64,000 bases of DNA from Nitrospirota bacterium (GCA_963818475.1 CAWFSF010000002.1:64001-128000); one strand, 5' to 3'. Positions 51,611 through 61,893 are shown, numbered from the stretch's first letter. Translations and numbers: made by a program. Notes: generated by a model from the letters alone, not told the origin.

Positions 51611-52465
51611 TCAATAAAATTCCTTCAGCGTCTTTTCGATCCTCGCTCCGGGGAACTGCTCCTGCCTGACCAGCGGCTTTTCTGCAAGGACCGGCAGCCG
51701 TTCCTCGAACGTCGGCCGATTGTTCCGGTAGATAATGCCGATCGGTATCCGGTCCCCCCACTCGAGCGCCTTGCTGAACGCCGCATTTCTGTCCGCAGGA
51801 TCGTAGCCTGCCTCAAGATGATAGACCCGCTGCTTGTACCATTCGTAGGTGTTCACCTTGTTGAAGGAGACGCAGGGCTGCAGGATGTCGACGAGGGCGA
51901 ATCCCTTGTGCTCCATGGCCGCTTTCATGATCCCCTTCAGATGCTCCGTGTCTCCGGCAAAAGCCCGGGCTGCAAAGCTGCAATCGAGCGCCACGGCAAG
52001 GGCCATGGGGTTGAACTGGCCGGAGAGCACGCCGAAGGGCATGTTCTTCGTTATCGTTCCTTCACCCGTCGTGGGCGAAGCCTGCCCCTTGGTCAGACCG
52101 TAGACCTGGTTGTCGTGGACAAAGAGCTTCACGTCGATGTTCCTGCGCATGGCGGCCATGAGGTGGTTCCCGCCCTCGCCGTAGCAGTCGCCGTCCCCGG
52201 TCGTGACGATCACGGGCATGGCATGGTTCGCCAGCCGTATGCCCGTGGCCACCGGAAGCGCCCGACCGTGCAGGCCGTTGAAGGTGTTGCACTTCGTGTA
52301 ATGGGGGAGTTTCGCGGCCTGGCCGATGCCCGAGACGATCGTGATCTGGTGCGGCTCAAGGCCGAGCTCGACCATGACGTCCTTGAAGGTCTTCAGGATC
52401 GGGAAGTTGCCGCACCCCGGACACCAGGCCGGGACCTGTCCGCTAAACGTTTCGAAGGTGCTCAT
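51611..52465 (-). CDS. 2-oxoacid:ferredoxin oxidoreductase beta subunit
   Basis: WCPGCGN, GDGD, GLTKGQASPT, QPCVSFN. Confidence 0.93.
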   Translation of the reverse strand: MSTFETFSGQVPAWCPGCGNFPILKTFKDVMVELGLEPHQITIVSGIGQAAKLPHYTKCNTFNGLHGRALPVATGIRLANHAMPVIVTTGDGDCYGEGGNHLMAAMRRNIDVKLFVHDNQVYGLTKGQASPTTGEGTITKNMPFGVLSGQFNPMALAVALDCSFAARAFAGDTEHLKGIMKAAMEHKGFALVDILQPCVSFNKVNTYEWYKQRVYHLEAGYDPADRNAAFSKALEWGDRIPIGIIYRNNRPTFEERLPVLAEKPLVRQEQFPGARIEKTLKEFY

Positions 52466-54167
52466 GAAGTTCTCCTGTCAGACGCTCGACCGTGAACGGC
52501 CTGCCGTCGAACTTGTTGATCTGCGCTCCGAACTCATACCCGGTCTCGACCTTCATCAGCCGCGCGAACTGGCCGGTTGCGTTCTGCTCGATACAGATCG
52601 TATGCTCTGCTTTTTCGAGGTACGCAATGTAGTCGAACTCGTCCCGCAGCGGGAACGGAAACAGCTCGCTGAAATGGAGCATGGCAATGCTGTAGGACCG
52701 GGCCAGGACATCGACCGCCTCCCGCATCAGGCCGTACATCGACCCCCAGCCAACGATAACGATGGCGGGATCGGGCTCTCCGTAGAGGAAGGGCGGGCTT
52801 ATCTCGGACTGAATGAGCGGCAGCTTCCGGAAGAGCCTCTTTTCCACCATGGCGTTCCTGGTCGCTGCATCCTCGATGATATGTCCTGCTTCGTCATGTT
52901 CGTCGCTGTCCGTAACAACAAGATGTTCGGCATCACCCGGCACCCCAAGCGGGGAAATGCCGGTTTCGGTTAATGCATGCCGCTGGTATCCGGAAAGGCC
53001 CTTGAACGCTTCTCCGCGCAGCCGGTGATCGGTAGAATTTAGCGTGCTCAGATCAAGACCGTCAAGGGTCCACTGGGAATCCGAGAGGTAGGTATCAAAA
53101 AGAATGAACGAGGGGATCTGATATTTCTCCGCCAGCTCAAAGGCCTTGTTCGTAAGCGCAACGGCCTGACGCGGTGAGCCCGGCGCAAAGACGACCCGCG
53201 GGAACTCGCCGTGGCCTGCTGCGAGCACCATGGAAAGGTCGCCCTGCTCGGTCCGCGTAGGCAGGCCGGTCGCCGGGCCGGGCCGCTGGCCCAGGGCGAT
53301 CACGATCGGCGTCTCGGTCATTCCGGCAAGCGAGACCCCTTCGACCATCAGGGCAAAACCGCCGCCGGACGTCCCGGTCATGGCCCGCACGCCGGCAAAG
53401 GAGGCGCCCAGCGCCATGTTGATCGCCGCGATCTCGTCCTCGGCCTGCTCCACCACGATGCCGTATTCCTTTTCCTTGGATGCCAGGTAGTTCATGATCC
53501 CCGTCGAGGGGGTCATGGGATAGGCAGCATAGAACTTGCAGCCCGAGGCCAGGGCGCCGAACGCAATGGACTCGACGCCTCCCATGAGCAGCTTCTGCTC
53601 TGCACCCGGCGTGACGGAGAAGGAGCAGGGAGTACAGTGCTTGAGCGCAAAGTCGTACCCTGTCAGCGCCGCATTCCTGTTCGCCTCGATGACGGCCTCA
53701 CCCTTTTTAACAAATGTGTCGGTTATGATTTCGAACAGCCGGGTGAGCTCCATTCCGAGCATGCCGAGCACGGCGCCGATCGCGACCGTGTTCGCCATGA
53801 TCGCGGTGCCGCCGCTCTTAGCCGCCAGGTCAGTGAAGGGAATGTCGAGGAAGAGCTTTTTTTCAGGCTTTAGTTTGAGCGTCGCAAGATCACCGATGAT
53901 CCTTCCGTTCTCCCTGAGCTCGGCTTCGTGCAGCGTGATGCTTTCCCGGTCGAGCGCGACAATGATATCGACCTGGTCCCGCGGCGCCGAAACCGGCAGA
54001 TCGGACAGCCTGATCTGGTAGAAGTTATGGCCGCCGCGGATGCGCGACTCATAGTCCTGGTGGCTGAAGACATGATAGCCCGTGCGCGAGAAGACCCTGG
54101 CAAGGGTATCGCCGATGGTCTGAATGCCCTGCCCCGCCTCGCCGCCTATTTTGATCGAATAGTCCAT
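52443..54167 (-). CDS. 2-oxoacid:ferredoxin oxidoreductase alpha subunit (gamma-alpha fusion)
   Basis: GGEAGQG, SRIRGGHN, YPMTPS, EDEIAA, RPGPATG. Confidence 0.93.
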   Translation of the reverse strand: MDYSIKIGGEAGQGIQTIGDTLARVFSRTGYHVFSHQDYESRIRGGHNFYQIRLSDLPVSAPRDQVDIIVALDRESITLHEAELRENGRIIGDLATLKLKPEKKLFLDIPFTDLAAKSGGTAIMANTVAIGAVLGMLGMELTRLFEIITDTFVKKGEAVIEANRNAALTGYDFALKHCTPCSFSVTPGAEQKLLMGGVESIAFGALASGCKFYAAYPMTPSTGIMNYLASKEKEYGIVVEQAEDEIAAINMALGASFAGVRAMTGTSGGGFALMVEGVSLAGMTETPIVIALGQRPGPATGLPTRTEQGDLSMVLAAGHGEFPRVVFAPGSPRQAVALTNKAFELAEKYQIPSFILFDTYLSDSQWTLDGLDLSTLNSTDHRLRGEAFKGLSGYQRHALTETGISPLGVPGDAEHLVVTDSDEHDEAGHIIEDAATRNAMVEKRLFRKLPLIQSEISPPFLYGEPDPAIVIVGWGSMYGLMREAVDVLARSYSIAMLHFSELFPFPLRDEFDYIAYLEKAEHTICIEQNATGQFARLMKVETGYEFGAQINKFDGRPFTVERLTGELHEHLRNV

Positions 54168-54219
54168 GGTCGCCGCTCCGTAAAGTCCTTTGTTTTCGTG
54201 GGGCTCCTCCGGTTTGTGG

Positions 54220-54555
54220 TTATTTCATGTCCTCAATCGAAATGTCCTTTGCTTCCAAAAGCTGTGCAAGCAATAAGAAGCCGCCGCAGGGTGGCAAGGT
54301 GCTGTTTTCCATAAAGTCGCAGTCCTGTTCATGAAAGGGGCAGGCCATGCACACCGTGCGAACCAGAAGCTTTTCACCGGTCCTGTTCCGGGGTTGCTCC
54401 GCCCTCTTGCCGCCGACCGGAATTCCCTGCAACGCGAGCCGTTCGAGAACAAGATATCCCTGGCATGCAAGCTCCTCATTCTTGCCGGGCTTATAGTATG
54501 AGCAGAATCCCAAACATACCGTCTGCACGAGATCAGTTTTTTGATCCATATTCAT
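54220..54555 (-). CDS. small Cys-rich hypothetical protein, divergent from the radical SAM gene
   Basis: CLGFCSYYKPGK....C and CMACPF....CDF......PCGG (7 Cys). Confidence 0.7.
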   Translation of the reverse strand: MNMDQKTDLVQTVCLGFCSYYKPGKNEELACQGYLVLERLALQGIPVGGKRAEQPRNRTGEKLLVRTVCMACPFHEQDCDFMENSTLPPCGGFLLLAQLLEAKDISIEDMK

Positions 54556-54664
54556 AAGCAAGTATAACAAGCTTCCGGATCAAATGCCATTTTTTTATGG
54601 CGTACTGCGGCCTGTCATGGCCGCATCCGCTAAGTTTTTTTGCCGAACACGGCAGCGACAGCGG

Positions 54665-54673
54665 TGGTATAAT
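54665..54673 (+). promoter_or_regulatory. extended -10 (TGGTATAAT) 7 nt before the ATG; likely leaderless transcript
   Basis: Consensus TGnTATAAT and no SD before ATG 54681. Confidence 0.6.
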
Positions 54674-54680
54674 ATGAGCA

Positions 54681-55823
54681 ATGAGGTGCTATCTTTCAAA
54701 ACGGGCGGTCATCAAATGGCTGGAGACCCCGTCGGTCTACCAGCTCGCAAAAGATGAGCTGCACGAGCTGGATCAGGATTCGTTCCAGTTCCTGCAGGAC
54801 TGCGCCGGCGAGGACGGATGCACCAGCCGTGACGGGGCCTTCATCGACTATTGTATCGACGAGGGGTTGCTCACGACAAACCAGGTCCAGCAGCAGCGCC
54901 CGCCCGTCGTCCCTTCGCCGACACCTTCCCTGCGCTATCTTGAGCTGCAGATCACGAATGCCTGCGATCTTCGGTGCCGTCACTGCTATATTGGAGACCA
55001 CAAGGCCGACGAGCTGCCTGCACCCCGGATCCGCACGATCCTGACCGAGTTCGAGCGAATGCAGGGGCTCCGCGTCATGATCACCGGCGGAGAGCCGGCT
55101 CTTCATTCAGGCTTTGACGAGATCAATAATATGCTTCCCGATTTCATGCTGCGCAAAGTGCTGTTCACCAACGGCGTGTCATTCAATAAGGAACGGCTTC
55201 GAACCCTGAAGGTTGACGAGATACAGGTCAGCATCGACGGACTCGGGAAAGCACATGACACTGTTCGGGGCGCCGGGACCTTCGAACGCTCGATGCAGAC
55301 GGTCAGACTGGCTCAGGATGCGGGGTTTGACGTCTCGATCGCGACCATGGTCCATACCGGCAACCTCGGCGACTTTGATGCCCTGGACTCGATGTTCAGA
55401 ACCATGGGGATCAAGGACTGGACCGTGGATGTGCCTTGCATCGCCGGACGTCTGGAGAAGAACGCCGGACTGCAGGTAAGCCCGGATGTGGGCGGGAAAT
55501 ACCTGGGATACGGCTATGGTGCTGGCCTGCACTCCTCGGACGCGGGGTACGGCTGCGGCCTGCACTTGATGGCTGTCATGGCGGACGGCACGGCGGCCAA
55601 GTGCAGCTTCTACGGCGAGCGCGGCGTCGGCAGTGTGGCAGAAGGCCTCGCCGCATGCTGGAGCAGGATCGCTCCGGTCCGCCTGGATGAGCTTTCCTGC
55701 AATTGTGAGTACCGCGAAGCCTGCCGGGGCGGGTGCCGGTACCGCGCCGAGCTCAGCGACGGTCCCCGCGGGAAAGACCGGTACCGCTGCAGGCTCTATG
55801 GTATACTGGATGAAAAGATCTGA
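54681..55823 (+). CDS. radical SAM/SPASM protein with N-terminal RRE-like extension (putative peptide maturase)
   Basis: CDLRCRHC, TGGEP, SIDG; C-terminal C-x15-C and CxC-x5-C-x3-C...C; about 80 aa precede the SAM motif. Confidence 0.88.
   Translation: MRCYLSKRAVIKWLETPSVYQLAKDELHELDQDSFQFLQDCAGEDGCTSRDGAFIDYCIDEGLLTTNQVQQQRPPVVPSPTPSLRYLELQITNACDLRCRHCYIGDHKADELPAPRIRTILTEFERMQGLRVMITGGEPALHSGFDEINNMLPDFMLRKVLFTNGVSFNKERLRTLKVDEIQVSIDGLGKAHDTVRGAGTFERSMQTVRLAQDAGFDVSIATMVHTGNLGDFDALDSMFRTMGIKDWTVDVPCIAGRLEKNAGLQVSPDVGGKYLGYGYGAGLHSSDAGYGCGLHLMAVMADGTAAKCSFYGERGVGSVAEGLAACWSRIAPVRLDELSCNCEYREACRGGCRYRAELSDGPRGKDRYRCRLYGILDEKI
55799..55807 (+). promoter_or_regulatory. extended -10 (TGgTATACT) for the small peptide gene
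   Basis: Lies within the last codons of the radical SAM gene, 70 nt upstream of ATG 55878. Confidence 0.45.
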
Positions 55824-55877
55824 TCGGGACAGCGACGTGCTTCACGATATCCTGTGTTGAAGAAAGGAGGTGCCTCC

Positions 55878-55940
55878 ATGACGATCAAGAAGGTCACCCG
55901 AAAAATGGCAACAACCTGCAAATGCAAAAGCTCCTGCTGA
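55878..55940 (+). CDS. 20-aa Cys-rich putative RiPP precursor MTIKKVTRKMATTCKCKSSC
   Basis: Strong AAAGGAGGTG SD 7 nt before the ATG; immediately downstream of the rSAM/SPASM gene; followed by a hairpin. Too short for the ORF track. Confidence 0.75.
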   Translation: MTIKKVTRKMATTCKCKSSC

Positions 55941-55963
55941 TCCGGCCGTTCGCGGTCTAACTG

Positions 55964-55993
55964 AGAGCCCGTGAAGAACGCCTTCCGGGCTCT
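55964..55993. terminator. hairpin between convergent genes
   Basis: AGAGCCCG(T)GAAG-loop-CTTCCGGGCTCT; weak U-tract. Confidence 0.55.
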
Positions 55994-56015
55994 GCAACTT
56001 TCCTACGCTGTCCGC

Positions 56016-57335
56016 TCAAGGCGCAAAACCATCCAACAATCTGATAAATTCATTTCTTGCCGCTTCACTGGTCAATATCCCCTCATGCGTCTCATTGAAC
56101 CCGTAGATCCTTGTCGCAGCAGACTGCAGTGAAGGAGGTAGCTGGCTTTTTAGAGTGACCACCCCGTCTCCGCTGTCTCCCATCTTTACCCTTGACTGAT
56201 CCTGATAGGTGAAAAAGAGATGGAAAGGCAGTTTTTTCGGGAACGGCTTCTGTCCCAGGTATATCAGGAAATCGCTGCCGGTCGCAATGTCGCGCCAGGC
56301 CGGGACCACTATCGGTGCATTTTCAACTCCGGTCCGGGCGGAATCATTGCCATCATAAGGTGTGGCAAAAGAGACATAGAGGGCAAGGGAGGCGGATTCT
56401 TCTTTCGCACTAAGCTTGTCGATCGCCGACCGTGCAACAAGCCCGCCCATGCTGTGGGCCGCCAGAACGGTCAGGTGTCTCTTTTTTTTCGAATTCGCCG
56501 CCAGGTTCTCGATGACTTGCGCGAGCAGTGCGCCAAGCTTGTCCAGCGGCAGTCCTGATGGATAATAAAAAAAGAAGGGCTGAAAACGGTTTCGGTCCAG
56601 CCCCTCGACCATGAATTTCCAGTCACGGGGAGTGCCGGAAATACCATGCACGAACAGAACGGTGGTCTTTCTGTTGTCATACTCCTCGAGTCCAAAAAAA
56701 AATCCCTGGATGTGGGCGATCAAAGCGGTCGGATTGTAAAGGCCTTCGGCGCCGAACCGGGGGTCGAAAAACTCATCGTCAAGCGAAGCATAGAGGTAGC
56801 CGGCGGGCCGTACTTTGACAGCGACACGGAATTCGGTCCTGCCCGGTTTTTCAAAATCCAGACCGAGGGATGGTCCGTCAACGATCGTTCCGTCCTTTGA
56901 ACCTTCCAGGCTTACGTTCGCTGTGGAGGACCCCACCAATTCATTTCGCTCGAAATCTCCATCGTGGTTCAGATCGGCAAAAATGTACAGCCTATACTCC
57001 CCCTTGGGGAGAAAGGCCATGTAGTAGTCTGCGGTATCTTTGAACTGAACCACCGCCACTTTTTCTTCCTGCCGGTACTGACTGCTGGTGGCGATGAGCA
57101 GCAGCGGCTCCCGCCGCTCACGGGGTTTGACGAGCGGACCCACGAGAACCAGCGAATCCTCGGGCGCAACCCTGTTCAGGACCGACATGGTCGGAAGCCT
57201 GTCAAAGGTTTTTTGCCAGTGCGCCTTGCGGGTATAGAATCCGAAGTAGCTGCAGCTGGACAGGATCAGGATGCAGGAAAAGAACACTGCAACGACAAGA
57301 ACATTTTTCATTAGTCTGGTAGTATTATGTTCCAT
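56016..57335 (-). CDS. alpha/beta hydrolase lipoprotein
   Basis: LSSC lipobox, FVHGISG, AHSMGG, GDGVV, H near the C-terminus. Confidence 0.85.
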   Translation of the reverse strand: MEHNTTRLMKNVLVVAVFFSCILILSSCSYFGFYTRKAHWQKTFDRLPTMSVLNRVAPEDSLVLVGPLVKPRERREPLLLIATSSQYRQEEKVAVVQFKDTADYYMAFLPKGEYRLYIFADLNHDGDFERNELVGSSTANVSLEGSKDGTIVDGPSLGLDFEKPGRTEFRVAVKVRPAGYLYASLDDEFFDPRFGAEGLYNPTALIAHIQGFFFGLEEYDNRKTTVLFVHGISGTPRDWKFMVEGLDRNRFQPFFFYYPSGLPLDKLGALLAQVIENLAANSKKKRHLTVLAAHSMGGLVARSAIDKLSAKEESASLALYVSFATPYDGNDSARTGVENAPIVVPAWRDIATGSDFLIYLGQKPFPKKLPFHLFFTYQDQSRVKMGDSGDGVVTLKSQLPPSLQSAATRIYGFNETHEGILTSEAARNEFIRLLDGFAP

Positions 57336-57467
57336 GGCAGAATTATAGTAGATGTCCCGGTTAAGAGCAAGCAGGTCAGTCCCTTCGCGGGACCGGGTCT
57401 TTGGAGATGGTCGGTTTAAAAAATATATTTTTTATTTAGCCTCCCCGGATCCTGCTGCTACAACAAT

Positions 57468-57496
57468 AAAAAAAGAGACCATCATCCGGTCTCTTT
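57468..57496 (-). terminator. intrinsic terminator
   Basis: AAAGAGACC-loop-GGTCTCTTT with a T-run on the minus strand. Confidence 0.7.
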
Positions 57497-57540
57497 CTGC
57501 CCCTCACCGCAGGCCGTGATCGTTTCTCGTACCCGCCGTT

Positions 57541-57813
57541 TTATGCGGCCCTGTTCTTGAACGCCAGCCGCTCTTCAAAGTTTTTGATGAACTGAGCGAC
57601 CTGCACCCCAAGATAGACGCACTTGATATTATTCATGCACTCCTCGGCGTCTTTTTTTTCAATGAGGGTCTTCAGTTCCTCTCCCTCCCGCCTGAAGGTT
57701 ACAATGTATGCATTCTTAGCCGCCTCGAAATCAACTTCCGCAGAAAGACGATGTTCCCTGATCTCTGGATACATCTCCAGGATTTTCTCTTTTAATGCAG
57801 CATGGGTAAACAT
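57541..57813 (-). CDS. conserved hypothetical protein (90 aa)
   Basis: AAGGAGG RBS; LKEKILEMYPEI...DAEECM..IKCVYLGVQ. Confidence 0.75.
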   Translation of the reverse strand: MFTHAALKEKILEMYPEIREHRLSAEVDFEAAKNAYIVTFRREGEELKTLIEKKDAEECMNNIKCVYLGVQVAQFIKNFEERLAFKNRAA

Positions 57814-57868
57814 AGACGCCTCCTTTTCCGGACCGCATTACGCCCTCTGCGGATCCCGGTCCGATCGG

Positions 57869-58357
57869 TCAACCGCCCTCGACGATGCCTCGTTCCTCCC
57901 ACATGAACCAGTTCCCTGTGTCGGAGAGGAACTGGTAGGTATTCGAGAAAATATCAAAGTGCTGCTCCTCCTCCCGGATCAGCCGTTCAAGCAAAGCTTT
58001 TTCTTTTTCCGTTTTTGTCTGGGAAAGCATCTTTTCGTAGACGGCCTTCCCCTCCCGCTCCATTTCCATGGCGATCTTGAATGCCTCAAGCTCATCGGTG
58101 GTCGCTTCGACTTTCTGCATCATTTCGTCTTTTAATGCCGCGAACACGGTTTTTACGTTGCTCAGCGGGCTCACCTCTTTATGCGTCACGCCAAGCCCCT
58201 TGATGGCCTGGGAGACCATATCCAGATGTCGCTTTTCGTCCTCGGTGATCATTTGGAACATTTTTTTGCCCACCGGATAACGAGTCTTCCGCGCAGCCTC
58301 GGTGTAGAACGATATTGCATCGGTCTCCATTTTCATCGCCAATTCAAGAGCATCCAT
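57869..58357 (-). CDS. ferritin-like / rubrerythrin family protein
   Basis: Duplicated A..ME...FY...EKRH and E.QH di-iron pattern. Confidence 0.88.
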   Translation of the reverse strand: MDALELAMKMETDAISFYTEAARKTRYPVGKKMFQMITEDEKRHLDMVSQAIKGLGVTHKEVSPLSNVKTVFAALKDEMMQKVEATTDELEAFKIAMEMEREGKAVYEKMLSQTKTEKEKALLERLIREEEQHFDIFSNTYQFLSDTGNWFMWEERGIVEGG

Positions 58358-58539
58358 GGACTCCTCCTTTTTTTCCTTCGACCTGACATTCACCAGGCCT
58401 TCCTGGTGACGACTTGTTCTTTTTTAATGGTAAATCAATATAACATACCGGATAATTGCCATCCTGAATCAACCCTGCCTGTTATTAGTATAGCATAATT
58501 TCCTCTTACTACTTCGCCCCCAGGAACTTGCGAAGACAC

Positions 58540-58572
58540 AAAAAGGGCGACGCATTGTTATGCATCGCCCTT
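58540..58572 (-). terminator. intrinsic terminator after dnaJ
   Basis: AAGGGCGATGCA-loop-TGCGTCGCCCTT followed by a T-run. Confidence 0.75.
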
Positions 58573-58598
58573 CATTTTCCTGTCCGGATTTATCGTAA

Positions 58599-59715
58599 CT
58601 ATTTTTTTTCCTTATCACCAAAGACTTCCTTGACCTTGTCGAAGAATCCCCTGGTGATCGGATGGGTATTATCTGCGCTGAGCCGTTCGAATTCCTGCAG
58701 CAGTTCCTTTTGCTTTAGACGTAAGTTTCGACGGGACCTCGACCGCGATCCTGCAGAGCTGTTCGCCTGCGCCGGAACCGCGCAAATGGGGAAATCCTTT
58801 GCCTCTGAGCCGGATAACATGTCCGGGCTGGGTGCCCGCCGTGATCTTGATCTTGGTAGCGCCGGTCAGCGTGGGCACCTCGATCTCGGCGCCGAGCGCC
58901 GCCTGCACAAAGCTCACCGGCACATCGCAGATGATGTCCTGCCCTTCCCGCTTGAAGATCGGGTGTTCCTCCACCGTAAGAGAGACATACAGATCACCCG
59001 GCGGCCCGCCATAGGTTCCGAGCTCCCCTTCTCCGGTCAAACGGATCGTATTGCCGGTCTCCACGCCTGCCGGGATCTTGATCTGAAGCATGCGTTCGCG
59101 CTCGATCCGTTTCCGGCCTTTGCATGCCGGGCAGGGGTCCGTGATTATCGTGCCCTCGCCGCCGCAGCGTGAGCAGGTACGGCTGATGCTGAAAAAACCC
59201 TGCTGGCTGCGGATCTGGCCCGCGCCCTGGCAAACCGTGCAGGTCACCGGTTTCGTGCCGGTTTTAGCACCGGTTCCCTCGCAGTCCGGGCAGCGTTCCC
59301 AGCGCGGGACCCGTATCTTGGTCGAGGTGCCGAAGGCCGCATCTTCAAAACTGATCCGGAGGTTGTACCGAAGATCGTCCCCGGCCGTTGCCCGCGAGCC
59401 GGTGCGTCCGCCGCCGAAGAATTCGCCGAAAATGTCGCCGAAGATGTCTCCCATGCCCATGCCTGCGCCGAATCCGCCCGGTCCGGCGCCCTGCGTTCCG
59501 GGCGCGACGCCGTACTGATCGTAATAGGCCCGTTTCTGAGGATCGGACAGTACCTCGTAGGCCGCACTGACCTCTTTAAAGGTGTCTTCGGATTGTTTGT
59601 CACCCGGGTTCTTGTCAGGATGATACTGATGCGCCAGCCGCCGGTAAGCGCGCTTGATCTCGGCATCCGTTGCATTACGGTGTACGCCGAACAGTTCGTA
59701 AAAGTCCTTCGCCAT
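58599..59715 (-). CDS. dnaJ: chaperone DnaJ; frameshift near 58720
   Basis: HPD motif, G/F region and four CxxCxGxG-type motifs; the C-terminal QKELLQEF...GFFDKVKE is in another frame. Confidence 0.96.
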
Positions 59716-59927
59716 AATATCCTTTAGTCCGGTGAACTCCGAGCCTCGTCGATTCAGATGCAGGCGCTCTCAGTGAGATTCCCGTGGTTCCCTGGACGCG
59801 TTACTCATATCCGGGCTGCTCTGAAAAGAGCGGTCCCTGCTTCCGCAAAAAGAGGATAGCGAACGTATCCGGGAAAACTTTTCACCCGTCCGGCGTCCGC
59901 TATCCTCTATCAACATGTCCGTTGCAC

Positions 59928-61847
59928 TTACTTCTTGTCTTTGTCCACTTCTTCAAACTCGGCTTCCACCACTTTTTCTTCGGGTTTGCCGTCTCCGCCC
60001 GGAGCGCCGGCAGCGCCTGCTCCTGCCTGTCCCTGCGCTGCGGTCGTCTTGGAGTAGATCTCCTCTGCGATCTTATGCGAAGCCTTGGAAAGGGCCGCGA
60101 TGGCCTTCTTGATGGCCTCGATGTCCTGGCCGTCCTTGGCGGTCTTCGTCTGCTCGACCGCTGCCTGGATCTCCGCGCGCTCCTTGTCACTGAGCTTGGA
60201 GCCGTAATCCGTCAGCGATTTCTCGACGGAGTACACAAGGGTGTCAGCCTCGTTCCTCACTTCGGCGATCTCCCGCTTCTTCTTATCATCGGCCGCGGAA
60301 GCTTCGGCTTCCTTGACCGCCCGTTCTATGTCGTCCTTGCTCATGCCGCTCGATGCCGTGATCTTGATGGACTGCTCCTTGCCCGTGCCGAGGTCCTTGG
60401 CCATCACATGTACGATGCCGTTGGCATCGATGTCGAAGGTCACCTCGACCTGGGGGATGCCGCGGGGCGCCGGCGGGATGCCGACGAGTTCGAAGCGGCC
60501 CAGGGTCTTGTTGTCCCCTGCCATTTCGCGCTCGCCCTGGACCACGTGGATCGAGACCGCAGTCTGGTTGTCGGACGCCGTGGAGAAGACCTGGCTTTTC
60601 TTGGTCGGAATGGTCGTGTTCCGCTCGATGAGCCTGGTGGCCACGCCGCCCAGGGTCTCGATGCCCAGGGACAGCGGCGTCACGTCGAGGAGCAGCACGT
60701 CCTTGACCTGTCCGGTCAGCACGGCGCCCTGGATACCGGCGCCGATCGCGACGACCTCATCGGGGTTCACGCCGCGGTGCGGTTCCTTCTTGAAGAATTC
60801 CTTTACGATGGCGATCACCCGGGGCATGCGCGTCATGCCGCCCACGAGGACCGCTTCGTGGATCTGGTCCACGGTCTTGCCGCCGTCGGCAAGCGCCTTT
60901 TTGCACGGTTCGATGCTCTTCGTTACGAGATCGTCCACGAGCTGCTCGAACTTGGAACGGGGAAGCTTGTACAGCAAATGCTTCGGCCCGCTGGCATCGG
61001 CCGTGATGAAGGGCAGATTGATCTCGGTCTCTGCCACCGTGGAAAGCTCGATCTTGGCCTTTTCCGCCGCTTCCTTGAGCCGCTGGAGGGCCATCTTGTC
61101 CTTGCGGAGATCGATACCCTGGTCCTTCATGAACGAATCAGCAATCCAGTTGATGACCTTCTCATCGAAATCGTCGCCGCCCAGGAAGGTGTCGCCGTTG
61201 GTGGACTTAACTTCGAACACGCCTTCGCCGAGCTCCAGGATGGAGATGTCGAACGTGCCGCCGCCCAGGTCATAGACCGCGATGGTCTCGTCCTTTTTCT
61301 TGTCAAGCCCGTAGGCCAGCGCTGCCGCCGTCGGCTCGTTGATGATCCGGAGCACGTTCAGACCGGCGATCTTGCCCGCATCCTTCGTGGCCTGGCGCTG
61401 GGAGTCGTTGAAATAGGCCGGCACGGTGACGACCGCGTCGGTGACCTTTTCACCCAGGTAATCTTCGGCCGTCTGCCTCATTTTCTGGAGGATCATTGCC
61501 GAGATCTCGGCGGGGCTGTAAACCGTGCCGCGGACCTGTACATGCGCATCGCCGTTCGCCGCCTTCACGATCTTGTAGGGCAGATGCTTCATCGCTTCCT
61601 GGACCTCGGCGGAATCGAACTTTCTGCCGATAAGCCGCTTGATCGAGAAAATCGTGCTCTCGGGGTTCGTGATCGCCTGCCGCTTGGCGATCTGCCCCAC
61701 CAGCCGCTCGCCGCTTTCGGTGATGGCCACTACGGACGGGGTGGTCCTGCTCCCCTCGGAGTTCGGGATCACGACCGGCTCGCCGCCTTCCATGATCGCA
61801 ACGCACGAGTTGGTAGTTCCCAGATCTATTCCTATTACTTTTGCCAT
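59928..61847 (-). CDS. dnaK: chaperone DnaK
   Basis: [24 protein letters not shown]. Confidence 0.98.
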   Translation of the reverse strand: MAKVIGIDLGTTNSCVAIMEGGEPVVIPNSEGSRTTPSVVAITESGERLVGQIAKRQAITNPESTIFSIKRLIGRKFDSAEVQEAMKHLPYKIVKAANGDAHVQVRGTVYSPAEISAMILQKMRQTAEDYLGEKVTDAVVTVPAYFNDSQRQATKDAGKIAGLNVLRIINEPTAAALAYGLDKKKDETIAVYDLGGGTFDISILELGEGVFEVKSTNGDTFLGGDDFDEKVINWIADSFMKDQGIDLRKDKMALQRLKEAAEKAKIELSTVAETEINLPFITADASGPKHLLYKLPRSKFEQLVDDLVTKSIEPCKKALADGGKTVDQIHEAVLVGGMTRMPRVIAIVKEFFKKEPHRGVNPDEVVAIGAGIQGAVLTGQVKDVLLLDVTPLSLGIETLGGVATRLIERNTTIPTKKSQVFSTASDNQTAVSIHVVQGEREMAGDNKTLGRFELVGIPPAPRGIPQVEVTFDIDANGIVHVMAKDLGTGKEQSIKITASSGMSKDDIERAVKEAEASAADDKKKREIAEVRNEADTLVYSVEKSLTDYGSKLSDKERAEIQAAVEQTKTAKDGQDIEAIKKAIAALSKASHKIAEEIYSKTTAAQGQAGAGAAGAPGGDGKPEEKVVEAEFEEVDKDKK

Positions 61848-61893
61848 GACAACCTCCTCACAATGTTGGGAGGATGAACGGATGTTCCTGTGC

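Noticed and set aside
55938-55993. Selenocysteine read-through of the RiPP precursor's TGA
   Set aside because: The nearest hairpin (GGCCG-TTCG-CGGTC) has its loop only 8 nt after the UGA, the larger hairpin's loop lacks a leading G, and another TGA follows 8 codons later. Treated as a true stop unless homologs extend further.
59784-61877. Long plus-strand ORFs antisense to dnaK (also opposite argS, napA, ONR, secD/F and mscS)
   Set aside because: These are shadow ORFs expected from GC-rich codon bias opposite well-conserved genes; they carry no recognisable motifs.
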